This document shows, one piece after another, positions 10,724-19,994 of a stretch of 64,000 bases of DNA. The stretch's first letter is position 1; every line of letters starts with the position of its first letter. Below the pieces are notes generated by a model, which saw nothing but the letters and a program-made list of their open reading frames with translations, ran no database searches and was not told where the DNA came from. The stretch covers positions 1,408,001-1,472,000 of the forward strand of contig OZ253449.1 of assembly GCA_965261345.1 (NCBI GenBank), given 5' to 3'. This DNA comes from Chloroflexota bacterium. GTDB lineage: Bacteria; Chloroflexota; UBA11872; VXNJ01. A program made the position numbers and the translations under genes.

Positions 10724-11737
10724 ATGGAACGACCGTACGCCTTGCTGCGAGCAGGATTCCCGTATGTAAAGACCATCGGCATGCGGCGCATCACCAGCTA
10801 TCCAATGGATGCGATGGTAACTAACGACGACGAGATCTTCGTGCTGTGCCGCGGGGAAATAATCGCCGAGATTAGGCGGACCAACTGGGATGACGTGGAC
10901 CATGGCGCCATCGGCGGTTTGGGTACAGGCGACGGTCAGTTGCTGTGGCCGGTGTCGCTGGCAATGGACCGGTCGGGAAAAATTTACGTCTCCGACGAGG
11001 CCCTCAATCGGATATCGATCTTTGACACCGGGGGCCAGTTCCTGGGCAAATGGGGTGAGCCGGGCAGTGGTGACGGACAGCTAGATCGGCCGTCGGGAAT
11101 TGCTTTTGATGCCGATGAGAACCTCTACGTAGTCGACACGCTAAATCATCGTGTCCAAAAATTCACCCGCGACGGCTCCTTCCTGATGAAATGGGGCGCC
11201 TTTGGCCAGGGCGAGGGCCAATTCAACATGCCCTGGGGGATCTGCGTGGACGAGTTGGGCGACGTGTATGTGGCCGATTGGCGCAACGACCGCATCCAGA
11301 AATTTGGCGCCGAGGGCCAGTTCGTAATGTCAGTCGGCTGCTCGGGCAGCGGCGACGGGATGTTTAGCCGGCCTACCGGCGTTGCGGTGGACCGCGACGG
11401 CGACATCTACGTTGCCGATTGGGGCAACGATCGGGTTCAGCAGTTCGCCGCCAACGGGAGGTACCTGGAGTCCTTCATCGGCGACGCTACGCTTTCACAG
11501 AGCGCGACCAAATACGTGTTGGCAAACGCCAAGCCCATGCGGTTGCGGGAGATGACATCGCTTGAGCCGCAGAAGCGGTTCCGCCGACCCACGTCGGTTT
11601 TGGTCGACGGCCAGGGAAGGATGTTCGTGACCGATTTTGGCTCCTGCCGGGTCCAGGTCTACCAAAAGCAGGCCATCGCCCTGACGCCGGATCAGATCTC
11701 GCCCGAGCTCCGTGCCCCGACCTTATTTACCGGATAG
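10724..11737 (+). CDS. NHL-repeat beta-propeller protein
   Basis: Tandem NHL repeats (GSGDGQLDRPSGIAFD...YVVDTLNHRVQKF; FNMPWGICVD...YVADWRNDRIQKF). Confidence 0.92.
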   Translation: MERPYALLRAGFPYVKTIGMRRITSYPMDAMVTNDDEIFVLCRGEIIAEIRRTNWDDVDHGAIGGLGTGDGQLLWPVSLAMDRSGKIYVSDEALNRISIFDTGGQFLGKWGEPGSGDGQLDRPSGIAFDADENLYVVDTLNHRVQKFTRDGSFLMKWGAFGQGEGQFNMPWGICVDELGDVYVADWRNDRIQKFGAEGQFVMSVGCSGSGDGMFSRPTGVAVDRDGDIYVADWGNDRVQQFAANGRYLESFIGDATLSQSATKYVLANAKPMRLREMTSLEPQKRFRRPTSVLVDGQGRMFVTDFGSCRVQVYQKQAIALTPDQISPELRAPTLFTG

Positions 11738-11919
11738 GCCGCAACGTTAAGTTCGCAGCCGGGGCCCGATGACCCAATTGACCCCAGACGGCAGCCTCAC
11801 ATTGCGTTCGCCCGCAGCGCAGGCGACATCTGCCCGATTGCCGACAGTTCGAGGTGGTGGCACAAAGTGTTAGATCCTCACCCTAGAAATCAACTACCAC
11901 CGGGGAGGAACTAGGCACC

Positions 11920-13314
11920 GTGCGCGAATTGGTGTTTAGGTCGGCATCATCGCTGGCCGGCATGATCTCCGAGCGCCAGGTTTCTTCCGAAGAGGTGGTA
12001 CGGGCCCACCTGGACCGCATCGAAGCGGTGAATCCGAAGCTCAACGCGATCGTGGTGGTGCTGGCGGACTCGGCCCTGGCGCGGGCCCGGGCGTTGGATC
12101 GCGAGCTGTCGCGGGGAGTCGTGGTCGGTCCGCTGCACGGCGTGCCGGTAACGATTAAGGACGCCATCGCAACCGCGGGCGTGGTAACGACCGGCGGTAC
12201 CCTGGGCCGCGCCGATTACGTTCCGACCAGGGATGCCACGGTTGTGGCCAGGCTCAAGCAGGCGGGCGCGATCGTGATCGGCAAAACGAACCTGCCAGAG
12301 CTATCCCAGGCCGGCGAATCTGACAACCTGGTTTACGGGCGAACCAATAATCCCTACGACACCGCCCGACACCCCGGCGGGAGCAGCGGCGGCGAGGGCG
12401 CCGCAATCGCGTCCGGGATGTCGCCGCTTGGCGTGGGCAGCGATGTGGGTGGCAGCATTCGCGGGCCGGCCCATTTCTGCGGGATCGCCGGCATCAAACC
12501 CACCTCTGGCCGCGTGCCCAATACGGGACACTATCCGGCTCTGGGCGGAGCCCTTTCCCGGATGTGGCAGTTGGGCCCGCTGGCAAGGTATGTGGAAGAT
12601 CTAATCCTGGCGCTCCCGATCCTGGCCGGACCCGACGGGGTCGATCCGGGAGTTATGCCAGTTGGTCTGCAAGACCCTGGCGATGTTGACCTGGCTGGGT
12701 TGCGGGTGGCGTTCCATGTCTCGGTTCCCGAGGTGCCGGTCACGCCGGAAACGGAGGAGACAATCCGTCGCGCGGCTCAGGCGCTTTCTGGCGCCGGCGC
12801 CGCGGTAGTAGAGGCGCGGCCCGCTTGCCTAGATTCCATCCTGGACCAGATATACCCGTTTTACTCCGGGTTGAGCGGAGATCAGACAAGCCGCATTCTT
12901 GCCAGGGCCGGGACCACCAACGTCCACACTCTTTTGCGGGAGGCGATTGAATTCCAGCGCGAGCACATGCCTTCCCTGGTGGAATTGATCGAAATCCTGG
13001 CGTGGGTCGACGAATTCCGGCGGCAGATGCTGTCCTTTTTGAGAGACTACGACGCAATCCTGTGCCCAACCCATGCTCATCCCGCAATTGCCCACGGTCT
13101 CTCCAACACTCCCTGCTTCAAAGATGGCTCCATGTACTGCCAGATCTACAACTTGACCGGCTGGCCGGGAGCGGCGGTCCGCGCCGGAACCTCCGAAGAC
13201 GGATCACCAATTAGCGTGCAGATCGTTGCCAAGCCATGGCGTGAAGACGTCGCGCTGGCGCTGGCGCAACGGCTAGAGCGGTCGCTGGGTGGTTGGCAGC
13301 GCCCTCCGCTTTAG
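11920..13314 (+). CDS. Amidase signature family enzyme
   Basis: GPLHGVPVTIKD, GGSSGGE and GSDVGGSIRGPA (Lys-Ser-Ser triad). Confidence 0.93.
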   Translation: MRELVFRSASSLAGMISERQVSSEEVVRAHLDRIEAVNPKLNAIVVVLADSALARARALDRELSRGVVVGPLHGVPVTIKDAIATAGVVTTGGTLGRADYVPTRDATVVARLKQAGAIVIGKTNLPELSQAGESDNLVYGRTNNPYDTARHPGGSSGGEGAAIASGMSPLGVGSDVGGSIRGPAHFCGIAGIKPTSGRVPNTGHYPALGGALSRMWQLGPLARYVEDLILALPILAGPDGVDPGVMPVGLQDPGDVDLAGLRVAFHVSVPEVPVTPETEETIRRAAQALSGAGAAVVEARPACLDSILDQIYPFYSGLSGDQTSRILARAGTTNVHTLLREAIEFQREHMPSLVELIEILAWVDEFRRQMLSFLRDYDAILCPTHAHPAIAHGLSNTPCFKDGSMYCQIYNLTGWPGAAVRAGTSEDGSPISVQIVAKPWREDVALALAQRLERSLGGWQRPPL

Positions 13315-13358
13315 TGGGCGCCGCTGAGATTTAGGTATCTCACTAAGCGATTAAAGCG

Positions 13359-13734
13359 CTGGCAAGCAACCGTGCGACCACGATCGCTCAGTACATCCGG
13401 GCGGCCCCGCCCGAGGGGAGGCCGCACTTGCACCGGCTGTACGCGATCCTAAAAAGCGTGGCGCCGGAGGCCGGCGAGGCGATCAATTGGGGCACCCCGT
13501 TCTTCGTGGAGCCCCGGTTCCGGTTCGCTTTCTACGCGTTCAAGGCACACTGCAGCTCCTCTCCGTCAGGAGATGCGATGGAGGTCTTTCGCTAAGGAAC
13601 TGGAATCACACCAGACCACCAAGGGTGCCCTCAAGATTTCCCACAGCCAACCGCTGCCCGAGGATCTGACTTCAAGGATTGCCGAATACTGCCCAAGTAG
13701 CCTGCGTGAACGGGAAGACAGCGCATTCTGGTAG
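13359..13734 (+). pseudogene. DUF1801 (YdhG-like) pseudogene
   Basis: Manual translation: ...TTIAQYIRAAPPEGRPHLHRLYAILKSVAPEAGEAINWGTPFFVEPRF...AFKAHC, then a frameshift near 13593 to KELESHQTTKGALKISHSQPLPEDL..RIAEY. No clear start codon. Confidence 0.7.
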
Positions 13735-13789
13735 GTTCTTCCCGGAAGATGGCGACCGCCTAATTGGGTTTGGGGGTGTTGCGCCGGGA

Positions 13790-13853
13790 GCGATTCTGCG
13801 ACTATTTGCCAGGGTCGCGGTGCGATTCTGCGACTATTTGCCAGGGTCGCGGT
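13790..13853. repeat. Perfect 32-bp tandem duplication
   Basis: GCGATTCTGCGACTATTTGCCAGGGTCGCGGT occurs at 13790-13821 and 13822-13853. Confidence 0.93.
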
Positions 13854-14313
13854 GCGGCCGCCTTTTGATGACGAAATCGTCCTCGTACATTTCGAACACG
13901 GTTGGCGCTAGACCCAATTTCGCATATGCAGACTGCGCCGCCCGGTTGTCTTTCTCAACGTACAAGCGCACCCCGCAAGATCCGCTTTCGGCGGCCAGTT
14001 CGAGCACACGGGCATACAGCGCGCGAAGAACCCCCTGACGCCTGTATTCGGGCATCACATATACGCTTTGCAACCACCAGAACATCCCGTTCCGCCAGTC
14101 GCTCCACTCAAATGTCAGACCCAATTGACCCACCGGTGCCCCTTCCAACTCGGCCAGTAGATAAAATCCGCGACTTTCGTCGCCAAGCATGTTTTCTACG
14201 CCCGACCGCAATCGGACGCGATCTAGGTCCACGCCCTCGGTTTCGGAAGCCAGGAGAGCGTTAAATTCCGTGATCGTCCCAATATCGATCTTTTGGGCCC
14301 TACGGATTCGCAT
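13834..14313 (-). CDS. GNAT family N-acetyltransferase
   Basis: EWSDWRNG..WWLQSVYVMPEYRRQGV and LYVEKDNRAAQSAYAKLG motifs. Confidence 0.9.
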   Translation of the reverse strand: MRIRRAQKIDIGTITEFNALLASETEGVDLDRVRLRSGVENMLGDESRGFYLLAELEGAPVGQLGLTFEWSDWRNGMFWWLQSVYVMPEYRRQGVLRALYARVLELAAESGSCGVRLYVEKDNRAAQSAYAKLGLAPTVFEMYEDDFVIKRRPHRDPGK

Positions 14314-14811
14314 TCGCCCATCTTAGGGCGCGTTCGGCCAATCGGCCAATCCCGGCACGCTGCGGCGGGTTGGGTGGTCAGCTCAAGCAATGGATCCTTG
14401 CCGATTTTGATTTTCTGCGATCCCTAAATGAGCATCCAGGATAGCCGTTTACCCAGCGGCATCCCCGCCAAAATCGCTTGATTGGCTAGTTGAATTCTTT
14501 GCGCGAAGGTGGAAAACATTAGGGCCTTGTTACGTCGGCTATGTTCGTAGTTGGCTTGGGAGCGGCAAGCAACCCCAGGGCAAACCGAACCGGTAGCCCC
14601 CCCACCCCAACTAGCAGATGCTGGCCATTAGGGAGCCTTTGCTTGTCGATGCCGACCTTCCTTTCCTGCCTGGGCCGGCAAACCGGCCGCGCCCGCCGGT
14701 TGGTCGCTTGGCATTTGGCGATCCGAATTCAACTAACCTGCTTGGATGGGCGTGCTTGGCTAGCCCAGGTAGCGCCAACCGCCCAAACTGGCTGCTGTAA
14801 GGAATTTAGAT

Positions 14812-16248
14812 ATGTCCCGCGCCCCCAACGTTGTGCTGATCGTTGCCGACGACATGGGCTACGGTGATTTCGGCGTCTTTAACAACGGCTATGTGCGTAC
14901 CCCCAACCTGGACAACCTGGTTGGCGAGGGCCTCTGCCTAAGTCAGCACTACGCGGGTTCACCGGTGTGTTCACCATCCCGGGCCGCCCTGCTCACCGGC
15001 CGTTACCCGCATCGTACGGGAGCCATTACCCACCAGGAGGTGCGTGGCTTGGACCGGTTCTCGCTGCGCGAGATCACCTTGGGCGATGCTTTCAAGCACG
15101 GAGGCTACGCCACCGGTTTAGTGGGCAAATGGCACAACGGCGCACTTGATCCGCGCTACCATCCCAACGCCCGTGGTTTCGATGAGTTCGTTGGATTCCG
15201 AGGCGGTTGGGCCAACTACTACAACTGGCGCCTCGACGTAAACGGCTCGTTTAAATGGTCTGATGGGCGCTATCTAACCGACGTATTTACCAACGAGGCG
15301 ATCGGGTTCATCGGGCGCCACGCCGGCGATCCGTTTTTCTTAAGCGTGATGTACAACGCCCCGCACTCGCCGCTCCAGGCCCCCCAGGAAGACATCGACC
15401 GGTATCTTTCGATGGGCCTTAACCGCGGGGTCGCGATGACCTACGCGATGATCGAGGCGATGGACCGGGGGGTTGGGCGCATCCTGGAGGAACTGGAACG
15501 CCGCGGACTCTCGGGCAACACGATTTTTATGTTCAGCAGCGACAACGGACCCGCATTCCGACTGCGCGATGATCAGGTGCCTGCAGGCATGAGCGCTGAC
15601 ACGACGCGATTTAACTGCGGGTTCAACGGCGCCAAGCGCATGGTGCTCGAAGGCGGAATACGCGTGCCGATGGTAATGCGCTGGCCGGACGGGCTGCCTG
15701 GCGGTGGATTAGAGATTACCGATCTGGTCCACTTTACCGACTGGTTGCCGACCCTGCTCGCAGCGGCGGGAATCGAGCGGCCGGATGGCCCGCCCTTAGA
15801 CGGCAAAAACATCTTGCCGCAGCTGCGTGGTCAGGAGGCCTTCGAGCAGCCGCGACGGTTCTGGCAGTTCAATGACTATTTGCCGATCGGCACGATCAAT
15901 GCAGCGATGCGCGAAGGCGATTGGAAACTGGTTCGGCCAAACCTGGATATTGGCTACGCCAGTCCTAAAGATGAGGCTGCGGCCCGGCGTTACATCGAGC
16001 TGGATATCGAGTACAAATATCACCCCGAAAACGTACGAAAGATCATGGATGACCCAGATCCAGCGCGCATCGTCCCGGCACCACCGCGGCCAGAGCTGTA
16101 TAACATCGCCGCCGACCCGGTGGAATCAATCAACCTGGCCGATTCGCACCCGGAACGCGTGACCCGAATGACCGGTCAATTGGAAGAATGGTTTGCCGCG
16201 GTTGAGATCGAGCGGGCCCGCGCGCACCTGGAAACGGTTGGCCGTTAG
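14812..16248 (+). CDS. Arylsulfatase (formylglycine-dependent, Cys type)
   Basis: PNVVLIVADDMGYGD, CSPSRAALLTGRY (CxPxR), GKWH, SSDNG and EGGIRVP motifs. Confidence 0.95.
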   Translation: MSRAPNVVLIVADDMGYGDFGVFNNGYVRTPNLDNLVGEGLCLSQHYAGSPVCSPSRAALLTGRYPHRTGAITHQEVRGLDRFSLREITLGDAFKHGGYATGLVGKWHNGALDPRYHPNARGFDEFVGFRGGWANYYNWRLDVNGSFKWSDGRYLTDVFTNEAIGFIGRHAGDPFFLSVMYNAPHSPLQAPQEDIDRYLSMGLNRGVAMTYAMIEAMDRGVGRILEELERRGLSGNTIFMFSSDNGPAFRLRDDQVPAGMSADTTRFNCGFNGAKRMVLEGGIRVPMVMRWPDGLPGGGLEITDLVHFTDWLPTLLAAAGIERPDGPPLDGKNILPQLRGQEAFEQPRRFWQFNDYLPIGTINAAMREGDWKLVRPNLDIGYASPKDEAAARRYIELDIEYKYHPENVRKIMDDPDPARIVPAPPRPELYNIAADPVESINLADSHPERVTRMTGQLEEWFAAVEIERARAHLETVGR

Positions 16249-16539
16249 AAACACCGACCACCGCTAATCGCTGGGTGTGAATTTGCCAGCTCCCAACGTT
16301 TCGTCCAGCTCGCCTCCGCAATCGCGCGGGCGGGACTGGCAGATGATGGCGCCAGCGAGCCCGGGATCGTAGTTGAGCACTTTTGCGCTGGTTGATACCG
16401 TTGTGGTAATGCTTCAATCGGGTAACTGGTTGCCGCCATCCAAGGCTCCCAGTTGTGCGAATCTAAGGATTTAAGGAGACCCCGTGGCCCGCTTCGCAAT
16501 GCGGGCCCGTTTTTGAGAAATTCTTCTGACCCAACCTCT

Positions 16540-18282
16540 ATGACCGGGATCCCGCCGGTGCGAGTCTGTTCGTTAGCCGACTTGCAGCGCGACGGGCGGA
16601 AGGTGATTTCAGTTGGCGGTCGCGCGGTGCTGGTCCTTCTCTCCGAGGGTGGTGTTTACGCGCTCGACAACCGGTGCCCGCACATGGGCTTTCCGCTTTC
16701 CCGCGGCACCGTCCGTGACGGTATCCTCACCTGCCATTGGCACCATGCCAAATTCGACCTGGCGGGCGGCTGCACTTTCGATCCGTTTGCCGACGACGTT
16801 CCATCATTTCGTTCCCAGGTTCGTGACGGCGACGTGTGGTTGGATCCCACACCAATAGAAGAGGATCCGACCGTTCGCTGGACCCGCAAACTCGGCGAGG
16901 GCCTCGAACAGAACGTCCAATTGGTTCTGGCCAAAGCGGTCATTGGGCTTTGCGGTGCGGGCGCGGCCAGTAAGGCGATCAGGCAAACCGCGCTGTTTGG
17001 GCTACGCAACCGGTCCGACGGCTGGTCTACCGGGCTAACGATCCTGACCGCCATGGCCAACGTGTACCCCTTCCTCGATCCAAAGGATCAGCCACTTGCC
17101 CTCTTTCACGGAATCATCAATGTAGCTTCTGGCACCGAAAACCAGCCTCCCAATTTCGACCTTTACCCACTAACGACCGGCGAGAAGTCGCCGGACCGCT
17201 ATCTGGACTGGTTCCGCCGATTCGTTGACCTGCGGTCCACCAACGCGGCCGAGCGCACGCTGCGCACCGCGGTGCATGTTGGATTTGACGCCAATACAGT
17301 TGCCGATATCGTCAACGCCGGCTGTACCGACCACCTCTACATCGGTGGCGGACACACCTTTGACTTCGCCAACAAGTCTTTCGAGCTGCTAGACCACATC
17401 GGGTGGCAGCACGCCGAGGAAGTCCTTCCGTCGTTGGTGTCGGGCGTGAACTTAACCAACGCCGCACGAATGGAAGAAAGTGCCAGTTGGCGGCACCCGG
17501 TTGATCTGGCCGCCATGCTCTTTGACCTGTACGGTGAACTGGACGAGCTCATCGCCCGCGGCGCCGCCAACCCAAATGGACAAGCCGATGCATCCGGCCG
17601 GGAGGAGTTGGGCGAGATCATCCTGGACGCCGAGCCGCATGAAGCGCTAGAGGAGATGAAACGCCGGCTCGCCAATGGCGCTTTGCTGACCGATCTTTCG
17701 GCTGCGGTTACCTATGCGGCGGCGCGGCGCATGGTCCATTACCGGATAACCAATGAATTTGCCGACTGGAACACGGTGCTCCACACCTTCACCTATGCCA
17801 ACGCCGTTGATCAGGCCTTGCGGCGGTCGCCGTCAAACCTGCTGGCGCGCGGGATCTTTGATGGAGCGATGTCGGTGTACCTTGAGCGATTCCTAAACAT
17901 CCCCAAGCAGCCGTTACCCGATGCCAACCGGGCCAATGCCTCCGGCGGCGACCTGCTGGCGGCATTCGACGCCCAGGGCCAGGTTGACGAGGCGGGCCAG
18001 GTTGTGGCCGACATGGTTGCGGCCGGCAAACAGGGCGAGGTGATCCGGGTAATGGGGCACGGCCTGCTTAGAGAAGATGCTGGATTCCACATGTTCCAGG
18101 CGTACGAGGCCGCCGTTAAGCAGTACCACCATTTCGCCGGCACACCGGCCGGTGGGCACATCCTCATCGGGGCGGCCCGCTTCCTTTCGGCGCATTCCCC
18201 CACGGTTCGGGCAACCGGGCAGACCTTCGACATTGCGGCGCGCCTGCTGCGTGGCGAAAGCCTCCACGGGGAAGACGAATAA
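16540..18282 (+). CDS. Rieske [2Fe-2S] domain fused to a large uncharacterised helical region
   Basis: N-terminal CPHMG...CHWH Rieske ligands; start placed at ATG 16540 (ORF is open from 16453). Confidence 0.85.
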   Translation: MTGIPPVRVCSLADLQRDGRKVISVGGRAVLVLLSEGGVYALDNRCPHMGFPLSRGTVRDGILTCHWHHAKFDLAGGCTFDPFADDVPSFRSQVRDGDVWLDPTPIEEDPTVRWTRKLGEGLEQNVQLVLAKAVIGLCGAGAASKAIRQTALFGLRNRSDGWSTGLTILTAMANVYPFLDPKDQPLALFHGIINVASGTENQPPNFDLYPLTTGEKSPDRYLDWFRRFVDLRSTNAAERTLRTAVHVGFDANTVADIVNAGCTDHLYIGGGHTFDFANKSFELLDHIGWQHAEEVLPSLVSGVNLTNAARMEESASWRHPVDLAAMLFDLYGELDELIARGAANPNGQADASGREELGEIILDAEPHEALEEMKRRLANGALLTDLSAAVTYAAARRMVHYRITNEFADWNTVLHTFTYANAVDQALRRSPSNLLARGIFDGAMSVYLERFLNIPKQPLPDANRANASGGDLLAAFDAQGQVDEAGQVVADMVAAGKQGEVIRVMGHGLLREDAGFHMFQAYEAAVKQYHHFAGTPAGGHILIGAARFLSAHSPTVRATGQTFDIAARLLRGESLHGEDE

Positions 18283-18468
18283 TTAAAGCGCGATCCCGGC
18301 GCAGATGCCGCGCCAAGCGATCAATCCAACCGACGACTTCCACCGGCGCCGCTTCAGTCCGGGCCGGCCGGGAAAATGAGTTGGCCAGCGGTTGAGGATT
18401 TTGGATCAGCCGGCCGCCGGTGGTGGAGGCAATCTGCAATGGATTTCCCGGGCCCGGCCGCCGCGGCG

Positions 18469-19458
18469 TTAGAAAGTCGACATGCCCAGGCGTTCCATCT
18501 CGTATTGGAGCGTTTCGCGCAGCCCGGCCTCTAGTGATCGCGGCCTAAATCCCAGCTCGCGCTTGGCTTTGCGGCTGCTCCCGATGTAGGTTGTGCCGGC
18601 CCCGGTTCGCAGGGTCTCGGCCGCGTAGGTCGGCGGCACCGGTACCAGTGCGCTAACGACTCGCATGCACGCGGCCAGGGCCTTCATAGTCAACGGCCCG
18701 GGATGGATCTGCGGCGCTCGGACGCCGGTTATGCGTTCGGCGATTTCAAAGGCTTCCTGGATGCTGTGGACCGGTCCGGTGATCAAATAGCTCTCGCCCA
18801 ATCGACCCTTTTCCATTGCCAACAGGTGGCCCCTGGCGGTATCGTCAACGTGGCCCCAGCAGGATTTGGTTCCGGACGGGACCATCGGCAGGCGACCTTG
18901 CAGGTATTGCCGCAGCGCCCGATTAAATGAACTCTGGTCGCCGCGCCCGTAGACGATTCCGGGTTGAACGATGACAAGCGGCAATCCGGCATTGGCCATC
19001 GGTTGGGCCACCCGATAGTGCGCCAACGACTTGGTGCGTTCGTATTCGTTCAGGTACGGTCCGCGGTGGCGATGAGTCTCGTCAACCAGTTTTCCGCGGG
19101 TGTCGGAGAAGACGGCCACGGTGCTGGTGTAGACGATTTTTGAGACACCCAGGTCGCGGGCGGTAACCAAGACGTTGCGGGTGCCGATGACGTTGGTAGC
19201 AAAAGCCGCGTTGGGAAGCCTGGTCCCGAACCGAACCCAGGCGGCCAGGTGGAAGACCCCATCGGCGCCGTCCATGGGGCCGACCAGGGAAGCTCGGTCG
19301 CAGATATTTCCGCGCTTGAGAATTGCTCCTTGCTCGGCTAGATGCCTGGCCGCGTTCGGGTCGCGTACCAGCGCTACCACCTCGTTGCCGGCGCCAAGAA
19401 GCAACTTGACCAGGCTCCGGCCGATGAATCCGGTGGCGCCGGTAACGAGGTATCTCAT
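18469..19458 (-). CDS. NAD-dependent epimerase/dehydratase (extended SDR, dihydroflavonol-reductase-like)
   Basis: LVTGATGFIG, FHLAA, YERTK (YxxxK) and PGIVYG motifs. Confidence 0.92.
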   Translation of the reverse strand: MRYLVTGATGFIGRSLVKLLLGAGNEVVALVRDPNAARHLAEQGAILKRGNICDRASLVGPMDGADGVFHLAAWVRFGTRLPNAAFATNVIGTRNVLVTARDLGVSKIVYTSTVAVFSDTRGKLVDETHRHRGPYLNEYERTKSLAHYRVAQPMANAGLPLVIVQPGIVYGRGDQSSFNRALRQYLQGRLPMVPSGTKSCWGHVDDTARGHLLAMEKGRLGESYLITGPVHSIQEAFEIAERITGVRAPQIHPGPLTMKALAACMRVVSALVPVPPTYAAETLRTGAGTTYIGSSRKAKRELGFRPRSLEAGLRETLQYEMERLGMSTF

Positions 19459-19970
19459 CTGCCGCCACAGCCGGCAGGGTCCAATCGGATTCCGGGTGGA
19501 ATCCGATTCCCGCGGGAAAACCTGTCTTGTTCCGACCCATCCGTGTAAACCGGAGTGTGCGTCCGCCGCCGCCCGCCCACTTTCAGTACGGTGACATCTG
19601 GACGAATGGAGTTAGGCGATTGGAGGAACGATGAACCGGCGGGCCGGACCGCTCGCCTTCAGGCCGATCGCGGCCGATGGGCAATCGCGCATCTCGGCCA
19701 ACGCCGCGCGGCACGCGTCGTCGGTCGGCGGGTTTGTGCGCGGGTTCCAAGTGCGATTGGCAAACGGGGGGCTCAAGATACGTTCTATGTCGAACCGAAT
19801 CAACTCGCTGCGCGCTATCGATGGAACAGTCTCCGAAACGCTTTCGGCTCGCTCCAATCGCCGCAGGAAGCCGCTGGATTTACCAATTGCAATTTTCGGC
19901 CCGGCCGTGTCGAAAGTCCAAATCCCGGATCGCGCCCATTTTCCGGGCCGGCCCAGAAATGTATATATAG

Positions 19971-19989
19971 TGGTCATTAATAATGACCA
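19971..19989. promoter_or_regulatory. Palindromic operator, probably for the downstream VapBC operon
   Basis: TGGTCATTA-A-TAATGACCA is a perfect 9-bp inverted repeat directly after an AT-rich -10-like TATAGT. It would lie about 35 bp upstream of the antitoxin start before IS insertion. Confidence 0.6.
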
Positions 19990-19994
19990 TAGTG

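Noticed and set aside
18421-18428. TGGTGGAG matching the tRNA-Ala 3' end (possible attL/attR)
   Set aside because: Only 8 bp of identity, expected by chance.
19949-19976. Possible dif/Xer site beside the IS1202-like element (central TGTATA)
   Set aside because: The arms match the E. coli XerC and XerD consensus at only about 4/11 and 3/11 positions; a TA promoter/operator explains the sequence better.
19460-19980. Several overlapping 100-140 aa ORFs upstream of the IS
   Set aside because: No recognisable motifs and mutually overlapping on both strands; treated as intergenic.
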